A DNA stretch of 64,000 nucleotides from the NCBI GenBank assembly GCA_046303675.1, contig JBKCFW010000192.1, positions 4,021-68,020 of the forward strand, written 5' to 3'. A model generated the notes under the pieces. The model saw nothing but the letters and a program-made list of their open reading frames with translations. It searched no databases and was not told the origin of the DNA. This DNA is from a bacterium. GTDB lineage: Bacteria > Bacteroidota > Bacteroidia > Chitinophagales > Chitinophagaceae. Positions 36,115-46,697 of the stretch are shown one piece after another (the stretch's first letter is position 1; each line of letters begins with the position of its first letter). The position numbers and the translations under genes were made by a program.

Positions 36115-37371
36115 TTATGCTTCAGCCATTTGTGCGATGGCTTCACTTTTATAAGCCCCTTGGTCGAGCTTTTTCTTTGTTTCTTCAAATGCTTTCAGGG
36201 TCAGCTGGATATCCTCATCCGTATGCGCTGCAGTTGGTATGAGTCGGTAAATGATGTGTCCTTTCGGGATCACAGGATACACAACGATGGAACAGAAAAT
36301 ATTATAATTCTCCCTGAGGTCGGTTACCATGTGAGTGGCCTCTTCAACCCCACCTTTCATGTAGACCGGCGTTACGACAGAATCTGTCTTTCCAATATCA
36401 AAGCCTTTCTCTTTTAACCCATTTTGCAGCTTGCGTGCATTTTCCCAAAGTTTTGACCTGAGTTGAGGTTGTGTTCTCAACAAGGCCAGTCGTTTTAAAT
36501 TGCCAATCACGATTGGCATAGGGAGGGATTTTGCAAATATCTGGCTTCTGATATTGTACCTGATGAAATCCATGATCTTTTTAGGACCGGCAACAAAAGC
36601 ACCTATTGAGGCCATTGATTTGGCGAAGGTTGAGAAATACAGGTCGATATCATCTTGAACACCCTGTTCTTCACCAGCACCTGCACCGGTTTTACCAAGT
36701 GTGCCAAAGCCATGCGCGTCGTCAACCAGCAGACGGAATGAGTATTTTGGTCTTAATGCTGCAATCTCTTTGAGTTTACCCTGATCGCCTGCCATTCCGA
36801 AGACACCTTCGGTGATGAGTAAAATTCCACCGCTTTTTTGTTTCTCGATCAAAGCTGTTGCACGCTGTAACTGTTTTTCGCAGTCTGCAACATCATTGTG
36901 TTTGAATACAAAACGATGTCCAGGGTGAAGCCTCAGTCCATCTATGATACAAGCATGACTTTCAGCATCATACACGATCACATCATGCCTGCTGCACAAC
37001 GCGTCAATCACACTCATGATGCCTTGATAACCGAAGTTCAGCAGTATTGAATCCTCTTTGTGCTCAAATTCTGCAAGCTCACGCTCCAATTGTTCATGAT
37101 GATTGGTGTTTCCACTCATCATCCTGGCACCCATCGGTGAGGCTAATCCATACTGCGCAGCAGCATCTGCATCAGCCTTTCTGATCTCAGGATGATTGGC
37201 CAGTCCGAGATAATTATTGAGACTCCAAACAATTTTTTCCTTTCCTCTGAAATTCATCCTGTTTCCAATCTCCCCTTCCAGCTTAGGAAATGCAAAGTAT
37301 CCGTGAGCCCTCTCACGGTGTTGTCCGATCGGGCCATAATTGCTGAGTAACCTTTCAAAAATATCTGCCAT
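36115..37371 (-). CDS. PLP-dependent alpha-oxoamine synthase family acyltransferase (Kbl/BioF/serine-palmitoyltransferase/cysteate-acyltransferase-like)
   Basis: 418 aa. ..NYLGL..HP.., DDAHG.G, and the PLP-lysine block FSTFAKSMAS. Confidence 0.88.
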   Translation of the reverse strand: MADIFERLLSNYGPIGQHRERAHGYFAFPKLEGEIGNRMNFRGKEKIVWSLNNYLGLANHPEIRKADADAAAQYGLASPMGARMMSGNTNHHEQLERELAEFEHKEDSILLNFGYQGIMSVIDALCSRHDVIVYDAESHACIIDGLRLHPGHRFVFKHNDVADCEKQLQRATALIEKQKSGGILLITEGVFGMAGDQGKLKEIAALRPKYSFRLLVDDAHGFGTLGKTGAGAGEEQGVQDDIDLYFSTFAKSMASIGAFVAGPKKIMDFIRYNIRSQIFAKSLPMPIVIGNLKRLALLRTQPQLRSKLWENARKLQNGLKEKGFDIGKTDSVVTPVYMKGGVEEATHMVTDLRENYNIFCSIVVYPVIPKGHIIYRLIPTAAHTDEDIQLTLKAFEETKKKLDQGAYKSEAIAQMAEA

Positions 37372-37480
37372 ATGTCATGGGTTTTGGGTGAGCGAGTGCG
37401 CTGCAAAGATAATTTTTTTCAAATTAACATAGAAGGGCAGGATGTTCATAAAATAGCGGGGATTAAGGAGGGTATTCCCA

Positions 37481-37488
37481 TAACTTTG
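37481..37488 (+). promoter_or_regulatory. -7 box TAACTTTG upstream of the phosphatase gene
   Basis: Exact TAnnTTTG match 28 nt upstream of the ATG at 37517. Confidence 0.45.
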
Positions 37489-37516
37489 TCATTGAGCTTC
37501 CTAAACAAGATTTCTC

Positions 37517-39127
37517 ATGAAAAAGCTGATTTTCTTGTCATTTTTCCATGCTTCATTATTGATCGTTGGTCATGCCCAACAACAGGTGAAGCGATCAAAT
37601 TCGCCAAAGCTGGTTGTGGGAATGGTTGTGGATCAGATGAGGTTGGATTACATTGATCGTTTTCAAAGTCGCTATGGACAAAACGGGTTCAAGAGAATTT
37701 TGAGAGAAGGGTTTTCGTGTGAGAATACTTTTATACCGTATGCACAAACCGTTACTGCAGCTGGACACGCCTGTGTTTATACCGGCTCTGTTCCTGCAAT
37801 CAATGGCATCATGGGGAATGACTGGTATGATCGGTCTAAAGGAAGATTCGTTTATTGTACGGAGGATAATGATGTTGCTGTTGTTGGGGCCGGAAAGGGT
37901 GGTCCTATGTCGCCCAAGAACTTAAAAACAACCACCATCACCGACGAGCTGGAAATGGCGACAAACTTCCGGTCTAAGGTAGTGGGGGTTGCCATAAAAG
38001 ATCGCGGTAGCATCTTGCCTGCAGGACATGCTGCAGATGCAGCCTATTGGTATGATGGTGCTACCGGAAATTTTGTATCCAGCACATGGTATATGAAAGA
38101 GCTCAGTCCCTGGGCGAAGTCATTCAATGAACGTAAGATGGTTGATTCTCTGTATCGTTCAAACTGGCAGTTAACCCATCCTTTTGATTCCTATGTACAA
38201 AGCGATATTCATAGTGATCGATACCTCAAGAGTCCCTTCCCAAGAAAGCTCGAAGATAAGGTCGGAAGTGACTATGGTGCTATCGCATCAACTCCTGCGG
38301 GGAATACATTGACACTTGCTTTTTCAAGATCGGCCATTGAGGGGGAGTCGTTGGGGAAGGATAGCATAACGGATTTTTTGGCGATCAGTCTATCTTCAAC
38401 TGATTATGTGGGGCATGCGTTTGGTCCGAATTCAGTCGAAATAGAGGATATGTACCTGAAGCTTGACAAGGACCTGGCAGCTTTTTTTGATTACCTGGAC
38501 AGGCGGATTGGAAAGGGACAATATCTCTTCTTCATGACGGCCGATCATGCTGTATCTCATTCGCCCGGATTCACGATGGAGAATCAACTGCCTGGTAAGG
38601 CAATGAAAAAAAATGACAGAGCCGAGGAAGCAACCATCAAAAAGTTTGGACTAAAGCGACTTGTTGAAGCTACGGCTAATTATCAGGTGTATCTGGACAA
38701 AGCGTCAATTGATTCGGTAGGGGCCGACTTCCGTGCTGTAAAATCTTTTTATATTGAACAACTCAACAGGGATGAGGATATTTTTTTAGCATTTGACAAT
38801 GAGCAAATCAATTCAGTGAACCTGCCGACTGAGTTTCGTGAGATGTTTCAGAAGGGGTTCAATCATAAGCTTGCAGGAGATATTCAAGTAGTGTATAATT
38901 CGGGTAATTTTTTTACCAATTCTCTTGTCGGAGCAACCCATGGTACACCATATGCGTATGACGCACATATACCATTGTTGTGGATGGGATGGGGGGTTAA
39001 GCAGGGGGTAAGTAACCGCACTGTCTATATGAGTGATATCGCACCAACTATTGCAGCATTGCTAAAAATTCAAATGCCAAGCGGAAATATTGGTAGCGTG
39101 ATTGAAGAGGTCATCAATAAACAATAA
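37517..39127 (+). CDS. secreted alkaline phosphatase / nucleotide pyrophosphatase family protein (PafA-like)
   Basis: 536 aa. Signal peptide MKKLIFLSFFHASLLIVGHA, then VVDQMR.DY, T.T..GH, DY.GH.FGP and DHA. Confidence 0.85.
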   Translation: MKKLIFLSFFHASLLIVGHAQQQVKRSNSPKLVVGMVVDQMRLDYIDRFQSRYGQNGFKRILREGFSCENTFIPYAQTVTAAGHACVYTGSVPAINGIMGNDWYDRSKGRFVYCTEDNDVAVVGAGKGGPMSPKNLKTTTITDELEMATNFRSKVVGVAIKDRGSILPAGHAADAAYWYDGATGNFVSSTWYMKELSPWAKSFNERKMVDSLYRSNWQLTHPFDSYVQSDIHSDRYLKSPFPRKLEDKVGSDYGAIASTPAGNTLTLAFSRSAIEGESLGKDSITDFLAISLSSTDYVGHAFGPNSVEIEDMYLKLDKDLAAFFDYLDRRIGKGQYLFFMTADHAVSHSPGFTMENQLPGKAMKKNDRAEEATIKKFGLKRLVEATANYQVYLDKASIDSVGADFRAVKSFYIEQLNRDEDIFLAFDNEQINSVNLPTEFREMFQKGFNHKLAGDIQVVYNSGNFFTNSLVGATHGTPYAYDAHIPLLWMGWGVKQGVSNRTVYMSDIAPTIAALLKIQMPSGNIGSVIEEVINKQ

Positions 39128-39139
39128 ATTGAAAAAAAC

Positions 39140-39934
39140 ATGCAACAGTATCTAGACCTGCTTAAGTATATATTAGAAAATGGCACTGAAAAAAGTGATC
39201 GTACAGGTACTGGCACCAAAAGTATTTTCGGTTACCAAATGAGGTTCAATCTTGAAGATGGGTTTCCTATGGTAACAACAAAGAAGCTGCACCTCCGAAG
39301 TATCATTCACGAGCTGCTTTGGTTCCTTAAAGGCGAAACAAACATTAAGTACCTGAAAGATAATGGGGTGAGCATATGGGATGAATGGGCTGATGAGCAA
39401 GGAGAATTAGGGCCTGTTTACGGAAAGCAATGGAGGTCTTGGGTTGCAGCGGATGGAAAAGTATATGACCAGATAGCAGATTTGATCCAACAGATCAAGC
39501 AGAATCCGGACAGCCGACGATTGATCGTGAGTGCCTGGAATGTCGGAGACTTACCACACATGGCGCTAATGCCTTGTCATACCCTTTTTCAGTTTTATGT
39601 TGCCGACGGGAAACTCTCTTGTCAGCTTTATCAGCGCTCAGCCGACGTGTTTCTGGGCGTTCCTTTCAACATTGCATCCTATGCGCTTTTTACCATGATG
39701 GTTGCACAGGTGTGTGATCTGAAGTTGGGAGATTTTGTTCACAGTTTTGGTGATGTTCACCTATATAACAACCATGTCGAACAGGCACGTTTGCAACTGA
39801 GCAGAACCCCTTATCAGCTTCCTCTGATGAAGATCAACCCTGCAGTAAAAGATATTTTTGAATTTAGTTTTGAAGATTTTGTTTTGGAAGGATACCAGTC
39901 GCATCCGGCCATCAAAGCACCTGTTGCAGTTTAA
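39140..39934 (+). CDS. thyA: thymidylate synthase (ThyA type)
   Basis: 264 aa. [24 protein letters not shown]-type [27 protein letters not shown]-like block. Confidence 0.98.
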   Translation: MQQYLDLLKYILENGTEKSDRTGTGTKSIFGYQMRFNLEDGFPMVTTKKLHLRSIIHELLWFLKGETNIKYLKDNGVSIWDEWADEQGELGPVYGKQWRSWVAADGKVYDQIADLIQQIKQNPDSRRLIVSAWNVGDLPHMALMPCHTLFQFYVADGKLSCQLYQRSADVFLGVPFNIASYALFTMMVAQVCDLKLGDFVHSFGDVHLYNNHVEQARLQLSRTPYQLPLMKINPAVKDIFEFSFEDFVLEGYQSHPAIKAPVAV

Positions 39935-39952
39935 CATAAACTAATTATCGAT

Positions 39953-40477
39953 ATGCTGATATCTCTCGTAGTCGCTGCTTCAACGGATAATGCCATCGGG
40001 GGTAACAATACTTTATTGTGGCGACTTCCCAATGACATGAAGTTTTTTAAAAACCTCACCTGGGGAATGCCTGTTATAATGGGAAGAAAAACATTTGTCT
40101 CACTAGCAGGTAAGCCACTACCAGGGCGAACAAATATTGTTATCACCCGAGATGCTAACTCGATTTCCTCGCAGCCAGGGCTTTTGGTTTGTGGAAGTTT
40201 GGAGGAGGCTTTGCAAAGGGCCAGGTCTACTGATTGTCGCGAGGCTTTTGTCATCGGCGGCGGGGATATTTACCGACAGGCAATACCAATGGCAGACAAA
40301 ATATACCTTACAAGGGTGTATGGTGAGTTTAAAGATGCAGATGTATTTTTTCCTGCGATCAACACCGAAGATTTTCAATTGATCGATTGTATTGAATTCG
40401 CTCCCGACGATAAGCATCATTTTTCTTATGCATTCGAGACCTGGGTCCGAAAGCAACATGCGGAAACCAACGCATAG
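39953..40477 (+). CDS. folA: dihydrofolate reductase
   Basis: 174 aa. IGGNN.LLW.LP.D.K.FK..T....VIMGRKTF.S. Follows thyA. Confidence 0.93.
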   Translation: MLISLVVAASTDNAIGGNNTLLWRLPNDMKFFKNLTWGMPVIMGRKTFVSLAGKPLPGRTNIVITRDANSISSQPGLLVCGSLEEALQRARSTDCREAFVIGGGDIYRQAIPMADKIYLTRVYGEFKDADVFFPAINTEDFQLIDCIEFAPDDKHHFSYAFETWVRKQHAETNA

Positions 40478-40480
40478 AGA

Positions 40481-41281
40481 ATGTATACACGATTTGAGTT
40501 GTTGATCAACTACCTGAACTATTTCATTCGGGCCTCCAACGGGAAAGGCCATGGCATTCATTCTCCTTTTGTCTTTGATTTTGTCGTAAACCTTCTTCGA
40601 AAAAACGACGAACATCATCAAGGATTTCAGCAAATAGAGCAGTATAGAAAATATTTGTTGTCTTGTGAGGACACTTTAGCAATAGAGGATCTTGGAGCTG
40701 GTTCAGCATACAGCAACAAATTGCATCGAAAGGTTTCAAGTATAGCAAGTTCGGCTTTGAAAACATCAAAGTATGCGAGACTTCTTTATAGAATGATGCG
40801 TTATTATGAGATCGATTCAGTCGTTGAGTTGGGAACTTCTTTGGGCGTGACTACCCGCTATCTTTCGCTTGCACAACCCGCAAATGGTGTCACCACCATT
40901 GAAGGTTCTCCAGCTCTTGCAGATTTTGTCGCTCGTTCATTCTCCGAGTCGGGTATCAAGAATGTCAATTTGATCTGTGGTGACTTCAAAGAGCATTTGG
41001 ACAAGGTGTTAGATGATATCAAAGGTCGCAAGTTGATCTTCTTTGACGGAAATCATCAATACCGCCCAACCATTGATTATTTTACAAAAGCCATGTGCGT
41101 GGCCGAAAATGATGATGTATTTGTTTTTGATGATATCCATTGGAGTCCGGGTATGGAGAAGGCCTGGAACGAGATTTGCCAGCATGGGCGAGTTACCTGC
41201 TCCATAGATTTGTTTTTCATGGGGGTTGTTTTTTTTAAAAAAGAATTCCATCAAAAGCAGCATTTTACGATTCGATTTTAA
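40481..41281 (+). CDS. class I SAM-dependent methyltransferase
   Basis: 266 aa. VVELGTSLGV motif I, FFDGNH. Starts 3 nt after the folA stop. Confidence 0.7.
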   Translation: MYTRFELLINYLNYFIRASNGKGHGIHSPFVFDFVVNLLRKNDEHHQGFQQIEQYRKYLLSCEDTLAIEDLGAGSAYSNKLHRKVSSIASSALKTSKYARLLYRMMRYYEIDSVVELGTSLGVTTRYLSLAQPANGVTTIEGSPALADFVARSFSESGIKNVNLICGDFKEHLDKVLDDIKGRKLIFFDGNHQYRPTIDYFTKAMCVAENDDVFVFDDIHWSPGMEKAWNEICQHGRVTCSIDLFFMGVVFFKKEFHQKQHFTIRF

Positions 41282-41314
41282 TGGTTTTTTAGTGGAAGAC
41301 ATACTTAAATTGAC

Positions 41315-41322
41315 TAGCTTTG
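41315..41322 (+). promoter_or_regulatory. -7 box TAGCTTTG upstream of pntAA
   Basis: Exact TAnnTTTG match 19 nt upstream of the ATG at 41342. Confidence 0.4.
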
Positions 41323-41341
41323 TGTCTTCAATTCAGCCCCT

Positions 41342-42412
41342 ATGATCGTTGGTGTTTTAAAAGAACTTGCTCCCGAAACAAGGGTTTCACTCATTGCAGA
41401 AGGAGCCGCACAGTTGGTAAAGAAAGGAATACAGGTTTGGGTCGAAAGCGGAGCAGGTTTGAACGCTTTTTGCTCAGATGATGACTATCGTGCTGTAGGT
41501 GCGGAGGTGAAAAGCGCTGCAGAAATTTCCCAACATGCAGATGTTGTTCTTTCCATCCATGCACCTTCCGCAACATTCAAAAAAGGAGCCATACTGATTG
41601 GCATGTATCAGGCAAGATTTCAGTCTGAACAAATCAGTAAATGGACAGAACAAGGGCTTGTTGTATATAGTCTTGAGTTACTTCCCCGTACAACCAGGGC
41701 ACAAAGCATGGATGTGCTTTCAAGTCAGGCCAATATCGCTGGCTACAAAGCAGTGATCACAGCAGCCAATGCTTATGGCAGGTATTTTCCAATGTTCATG
41801 ACTGCAGCAGGCAGCATTGCTCCTGCAAAGTTGTTGATCCTTGGCGCAGGTGTTGCGGGCTTGCAAGCAATTGCAACAGCAAAGCGTCTTGGATGTGTGG
41901 TAGAAGTGTTTGATACAAGGCCAGCGGTTAAGGAGGAAGTACAAAGTCTAGGCGCCAAGTTTATCGAGGTGCCTGGTGCAGCTGATGCTTCCACTGCGGG
42001 TGGATATGCTGTTGAACAATCTGAAGAGTACAAGCGCAATCAACAACTCAAGATCGCTGAAAGTATAGCTAAGTCAGACATTGTTATCACCACTGCACAG
42101 ATACCTGGAAAGAAGGCGCCTATCCTGATCACTGATGAAATGCTCAAGACGATGCGCAGGGGAAGTGTGATCATTGATCTTGCTGCATCAACGGGTGGTA
42201 ATACTCCAGTTACGAAAGACAGAGAGGTTGTTCATTACAATGGTATTTCGATTATCGGGGACAGCAACCTTCCTGCTACCATGCCATCTGACGCAAGTAA
42301 ACTCTACGGAAAGAATATCCTGAATTTTCTTCAATTGATCATCACCAAAGAAAATACATTGAATGTTGATGTTGATGATGATCTGGTTAAGGGGGCACGT
42401 GCGGGGGTATAA
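41342..42412 (+). CDS. pntA: NAD(P) transhydrogenase subunit alpha, part 1 (dI)
   Basis: 356 aa. E.RV.L.P, LGAGVAGLQAIATAKRLGA-type Rossmann loop. Confidence 0.93.
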   Translation: MIVGVLKELAPETRVSLIAEGAAQLVKKGIQVWVESGAGLNAFCSDDDYRAVGAEVKSAAEISQHADVVLSIHAPSATFKKGAILIGMYQARFQSEQISKWTEQGLVVYSLELLPRTTRAQSMDVLSSQANIAGYKAVITAANAYGRYFPMFMTAAGSIAPAKLLILGAGVAGLQAIATAKRLGCVVEVFDTRPAVKEEVQSLGAKFIEVPGAADASTAGGYAVEQSEEYKRNQQLKIAESIAKSDIVITTAQIPGKKAPILITDEMLKTMRRGSVIIDLAASTGGNTPVTKDREVVHYNGISIIGDSNLPATMPSDASKLYGKNILNFLQLIITKENTLNVDVDDDLVKGARAGV

Positions 42413-42439
42413 TTTTTTGTCAATCAAAAAAACGTTTTT

Positions 42440-42748
42440 ATGGAACAGATTTTAGGATGGATCTCGGGGCATCAGGAAATGATCTATATCGTGATCCTGA
42501 TGATTTTTGTGGGCATAGAAGTGATCGGCAGGGTTCCTAGTGTTTTGCATACTCCATTGATGAGTGGGGCTAATGCCATTCATGGTGTCGTTATCATCGG
42601 TGCTATCATCGTGATGGGAAAAGCTGAGGAGGGAAATGCAATCGCGTTGATCCTGGGCTTTCTTGCTGTAATTCTTGGTACTCTGAATGTGGTTGGCGGA
42701 TTTGTTGTTACAGACAGGATGTTGGAAATGTTTAAAAAGAAGAAATAA
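42440..42748 (+). CDS. pntA: NAD(P) transhydrogenase subunit alpha, part 2 (membrane)
   Basis: 102 aa, three to four helices. HTPLMSG.NAI.G. Confidence 0.9.
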   Translation: MEQILGWISGHQEMIYIVILMIFVGIEVIGRVPSVLHTPLMSGANAIHGVVIIGAIIVMGKAEEGNAIALILGFLAVILGTLNVVGGFVVTDRMLEMFKKKK

Positions 42749-42783
42749 GCTATTTATTACAAAGAAATCCTAATTGAGTTCTC

Positions 42784-44181
42784 ATGGAGTTGAACATACT
42801 TGTAGTTTGTTATCTGATCGGATCTGTAACCTTTATTGTAGGATTGAAGATGCTGTCCAATCCGGCCACTGCCCGTAAAGGGAATCTTTTCGCTGCTGTA
42901 GGCATGGGTATTGCTATTCTGGGTACTATTTTTCTTTACGAAGAAGAAGGTCGTCGACTTGGCAATTATGGTTGGATCTTTTCTGCATTGTTGATAGGAG
43001 CTGTAGTTGGAACATTGATGGCAAAGCGTGTTAAAATGACTGCGATGCCTGAGATGGTGAGTCTATTCAATGGAATGGGTGGTGCTTGTGCAGCGTTGAT
43101 CTCTGTGATAGAGTTCAGACACATGGTGCATGTCGGGGTGGATCAGACCAGTTTGTTGATCATTCTGCTCGGCCTTATTATAGGAGCTGTTTCATTCTCC
43201 GGAAGTATGATCGCCTGGGGCAAATTGAATGGCAGTGTCAAGGACTTTGCATTCAAGGGACAACACATCATCAATTTGGTCATCCTAATTCTTAATCTTT
43301 CACTTGCAGCCTATCTTATGTATGCAGGTCCGGATCAGGCGCCACTGTTTTTTTACCTCATCATCGTACTGTCTTTACTTTATGGAATATTTTTTGTGTT
43401 GCCAATTGGTGGTGCAGACATGCCTGTTGTGATCTCTTTGCTGAATTCATTTACTGGTGTTGCAGCCGCTTGTGGCGGGTTCTTATATAACAACAAGGTT
43501 ATGCTTACCGGCGGTATCCTTGTAGGTGCAGCAGGTACTTTACTGACCATCTTGATGTGTAAGGCAATGAATCGTTCGCTGAAAAATGTACTCATTGGAT
43601 CATTTGGTGGTGGCACAACTGCTGCAGGCGCTGTGGGCCCACAAGGGGGAACCTATAAAGAATTATCGCTTAGTGATGCAGCGATGGTCATGAGTTACGC
43701 AAATAAAGTGATGATCGTGCCAGGGTATGGACTTGCTGTGGCGCAGGCTCAGCACGTATGTCATGAGTTAGAAAAAACACTTGAGAGCAAAGGTGTTGAA
43801 GTGAAATATGCTATTCATCCGGTTGCAGGACGTATGCCTGGACATATGAATGTATTGCTTGCTGAGGCTGATGTGAGTTATGATAAGTTGTTGGAAATGG
43901 AGCAAGCCAATGAAGAGTTCAAGACAACGGATGTTGTACTGGTACTAGGTGCAAACGATGTTGTTAATCCTGCTGCAAAGACAGATCCATCGTCTCCGAT
44001 ATATGGCATGCCAATTTTAGAGGTGGAAGAGGCTAAGCTAATTATCGTCAATAAAAGAAGTATGAAGCCAGGATATGCAGGTATAGAAAATCAACTTTTC
44101 TTTCAACCAAAGACTTCGATGCTTTTTGGTGATGCTAAAAAAGCATTGCAGGATCTTCTGGCGGAAGTCAGGAATATCTGA
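42784..44181 (+). CDS. pntB: NAD(P) transhydrogenase subunit beta
   Basis: 465 aa. Membrane N-half and dIII C-half (VPGYG.AVAQAQ, HPVAGRMPGHMNVLLAEA, GANDVVNP). Confidence 0.96.
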   Translation: MELNILVVCYLIGSVTFIVGLKMLSNPATARKGNLFAAVGMGIAILGTIFLYEEEGRRLGNYGWIFSALLIGAVVGTLMAKRVKMTAMPEMVSLFNGMGGACAALISVIEFRHMVHVGVDQTSLLIILLGLIIGAVSFSGSMIAWGKLNGSVKDFAFKGQHIINLVILILNLSLAAYLMYAGPDQAPLFFYLIIVLSLLYGIFFVLPIGGADMPVVISLLNSFTGVAAACGGFLYNNKVMLTGGILVGAAGTLLTILMCKAMNRSLKNVLIGSFGGGTTAAGAVGPQGGTYKELSLSDAAMVMSYANKVMIVPGYGLAVAQAQHVCHELEKTLESKGVEVKYAIHPVAGRMPGHMNVLLAEADVSYDKLLEMEQANEEFKTTDVVLVLGANDVVNPAAKTDPSSPIYGMPILEVEEAKLIIVNKRSMKPGYAGIENQLFFQPKTSMLFGDAKKALQDLLAEVRNI

Positions 44182-44214
44182 CGACCTTCCGGTGAAAACA
44201 TGGCAAACTAGCCT

Positions 44215-45582
44215 ATGACGCTTTCAGCAACTTTTTTGTCATCACTGCATAATTGCGCTGGTTTTTGCAGGGATTCTTTCATTGCTGCTCATCAATCTCA
44301 TGCCTCAGTTTCAGTAAGGATCAACAAAGCGAAACTAGCATCCTCAGATACTTTATTCACATCTTCCATCAAAGGCGATCTTGTTCCTTGGTGCAACAAT
44401 GCATTTTACCTTACTGAGCGGCCTTCCTTTACGCTTGATCCTTTGTTTCATGGCGGTGCCTATTATGTACAAGAGGCATCCAGTATGTTCATTCATCATG
44501 TAATTCATTCTGTACTTGATACACAGCGAAACTTGAATGCACTTGATCTGTGTGCGGCGCCAGGAGGGAAGTCTACCTTATTGGCCTCTCTTCCTTTTTT
44601 CAAACTTGTACTCGCCAATGAGATCATTCAATCGCGTGTGTCTTCACTTGTTGAAAATGTGATCAAGTGGGGCGCCGACCATGTGCTTGTTTCCAACAAT
44701 GACCCCAGAGAAATTGAGCAGTTAGGCGAAATATTTGATCTTGTGCTGGTAGATGCACCATGCAGTGGCAGTGGATTATTTAGAAAAGATGAAAATGCTC
44801 AGCATGAATGGTCGCCTGAGCATGTTTCCTCGTGCGCAATGCGACAAACGAGGATTCTTGAAAGTGCATCAAGGGTCATTAAAGAAGGAGGGTATTTGCT
44901 TTATTCTACTTGCTCTTTTTCGAAAGAGGAGAATGAAGATGTCATTGATCACCTGATAGGATCCGGGATGTATGAATCAGTTGTGATACCCATTGAACCT
45001 CAGTGGGGCATTGTTCAATCGGTATCTGAAAAACACGGCGGTTATGGGTATAGATTTTATCCTGACCGACTACAGGGAGAGGGATTTTTTTGTGCAGTAC
45101 TTCGAAAGATAACTGCAGATCCGGTTACGCAATACAAAGTTGGCTCCAGTGGATTAACTATAATAAAAGATACTAGTTTGCTAGATAAATGGATCAATAT
45201 TGAAGGCGGCGCAGTATATTATCAGAGGGAGGGAGATGTATATATGTGTGAGGAGAAAAACATGTCAGAGGTTTCGCTCATAAAAGATTCACTGAGGTTA
45301 AAGCGATCTGGTTTGCGTGTTGGCGAATTGATACGAAATGAGTTGATCCCTGATCACGAACTTGCCATGAGCATGGTTCGGTCCGATCACATACCAAAAA
45401 TCGACTTGGATGTACAAGCAGCCTTGAAGTTTCTCCGACGTGATACAATTGATGTGGATGTTGACTTTTCAGGATGGGGACTTATTCAATGCAAACAGGT
45501 TGTGTTAGGCTGGGTTAAAATGGTCAACCGAAAGGCAAAAAATCATTACCCCATGTCCTGGAGAATACTGATGAATGTGTAA
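44215..45582 (+). CDS. RsmB/RsmF/NOP2-family RNA cytosine-C5 methyltransferase
   Basis: 455 aa. DLCAAPGGKS, DAPCSGSG, YSTCSF. Confidence 0.88.
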   Translation: MTLSATFLSSLHNCAGFCRDSFIAAHQSHASVSVRINKAKLASSDTLFTSSIKGDLVPWCNNAFYLTERPSFTLDPLFHGGAYYVQEASSMFIHHVIHSVLDTQRNLNALDLCAAPGGKSTLLASLPFFKLVLANEIIQSRVSSLVENVIKWGADHVLVSNNDPREIEQLGEIFDLVLVDAPCSGSGLFRKDENAQHEWSPEHVSSCAMRQTRILESASRVIKEGGYLLYSTCSFSKEENEDVIDHLIGSGMYESVVIPIEPQWGIVQSVSEKHGGYGYRFYPDRLQGEGFFCAVLRKITADPVTQYKVGSSGLTIIKDTSLLDKWINIEGGAVYYQREGDVYMCEEKNMSEVSLIKDSLRLKRSGLRVGELIRNELIPDHELAMSMVRSDHIPKIDLDVQAALKFLRRDTIDVDVDFSGWGLIQCKQVVLGWVKMVNRKAKNHYPMSWRILMNV

Positions 45583-45666
45583 ATCATTCATTAATTTATG
45601 TTCTTATTGAATTTGTTGTTTTTTTATGGAAAAATATAGATTATTTTGTACTACAACACGATTTAC

Positions 45667-46671
45667 ATGAGGCTCTTATATTCATTTGTTTTTTGCTTTC
45701 TCTTTACTTCCGTCTGCGCACAGAAAGTTGGTCCATTCTCAATAAAGCGTTCAGGCGATGGTTCTTTCTTTGTCGAACATAAAGTTCTGCCAAAAGAAAA
45801 TTGGTATAGTGTAGGCAGAATATATATGATCAGTCCGAGAGAAATAGCTGCTTTCAACGGACTTTCCATTGAAAAGGGGTTGGGTATTGGTCAAACGCTT
45901 GAAGTTCCTCTTACGAAATCAAATTTTTCGCAGCTTGCTAATGCTTCGGAAGGAGGGATCCCTATAGTGCATGTGGTTCAACCCAAGGAAGGACTGTTCA
46001 GGCTTGCCAGTCTTTATAACGTAGAGGTCACTTTATTGAAAAAATGGAATGCATTGAAAGGCGATCAGGTGAACAGTGGTTTCAAATTAATTGTTGGGTA
46101 TATAAAAGCTGCTGCATTACAAGTTGATGTGAACAACGTGAGCGTGGTAAAACAGAACGAAACAATTGCTGTTTCACGGGCTGCTCCTGTGCCATCGCCT
46201 GAAGAAGTCAAATCAAAAAAGGAGCCAGAGAAACCTGTTAGTTCCTATGTAGCGCCCGAACCTAAAGCATCAGTTTCTTTATCCTCTAAGCAAACGGTTC
46301 AGAGCGTTGCACCGTCATCTGATCAAGAGCTAAAAGATAATGGCGTCGGACATTTTTTTCAAACATTCAACATGCAATCAAAAGAAGGCTCGTTGAAGAA
46401 ATTAGCACAGCCGGTATATGGCATTTTCAAAAGCACCAGCGGTTGGCAAGATGGTAAGTATTATGTCCTGATGAATGATGTAGTGCCCGGAACAATTGTT
46501 CGTATAGCCGCTGCCCAGACGGGTAAAGAAATTTATGCAAAAGTATTGGCACCTGTTCCTGCTGGCAAAGAGAGTGAGGGCATGTTGATGAGAATGAGCA
46601 ATGCTTCTGCTGCTGCGTTGGGTTTAGGCGAAGCAACTAATGCCAATCTGAGTATTCAATGGCATAATTAG
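45667..46671 (+). CDS. secreted LysM-domain protein with a possible RlpA-like (double-psi beta-barrel) C-terminus
   Basis: ATG at 45667 gives the signal peptide MRLLYSFVFCFLFTSVCA. Two LysM-like units (HKVLPKENWYSVGRIY..SPREIAAFNGL..., HVVQPKEGLFRLASLYNV.V..LKKWN.L). The C-terminal ..G.IVRI......KEIYAKV... call is a weak guess. Confidence 0.7.
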   Translation: MRLLYSFVFCFLFTSVCAQKVGPFSIKRSGDGSFFVEHKVLPKENWYSVGRIYMISPREIAAFNGLSIEKGLGIGQTLEVPLTKSNFSQLANASEGGIPIVHVVQPKEGLFRLASLYNVEVTLLKKWNALKGDQVNSGFKLIVGYIKAAALQVDVNNVSVVKQNETIAVSRAAPVPSPEEVKSKKEPEKPVSSYVAPEPKASVSLSSKQTVQSVAPSSDQELKDNGVGHFFQTFNMQSKEGSLKKLAQPVYGIFKSTSGWQDGKYYVLMNDVVPGTIVRIAAAQTGKEIYAKVLAPVPAGKESEGMLMRMSNASAAALGLGEATNANLSIQWHN

Positions 46672-46697
46672 TTTTGCCTATAATTTAAATATTGCTG

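Noticed and set aside
37465-37471. A third AAGGAGG in the intergenic region before the phosphatase gene.
   Set aside because: It lies upstream of the TAACTTTG -7 box (37481-37488) and 46 nt from the ATG. It is probably not transcribed with the gene and is too far away to act as an SD.
37372-37656. 94-aa plus-strand ORF spanning the AONS-like/phosphatase intergenic region and running into the phosphatase gene.
   Set aside because: It is out of frame with the phosphatase, which has a proper signal peptide at 37517. It also covers the predicted promoter. It is most likely spurious.
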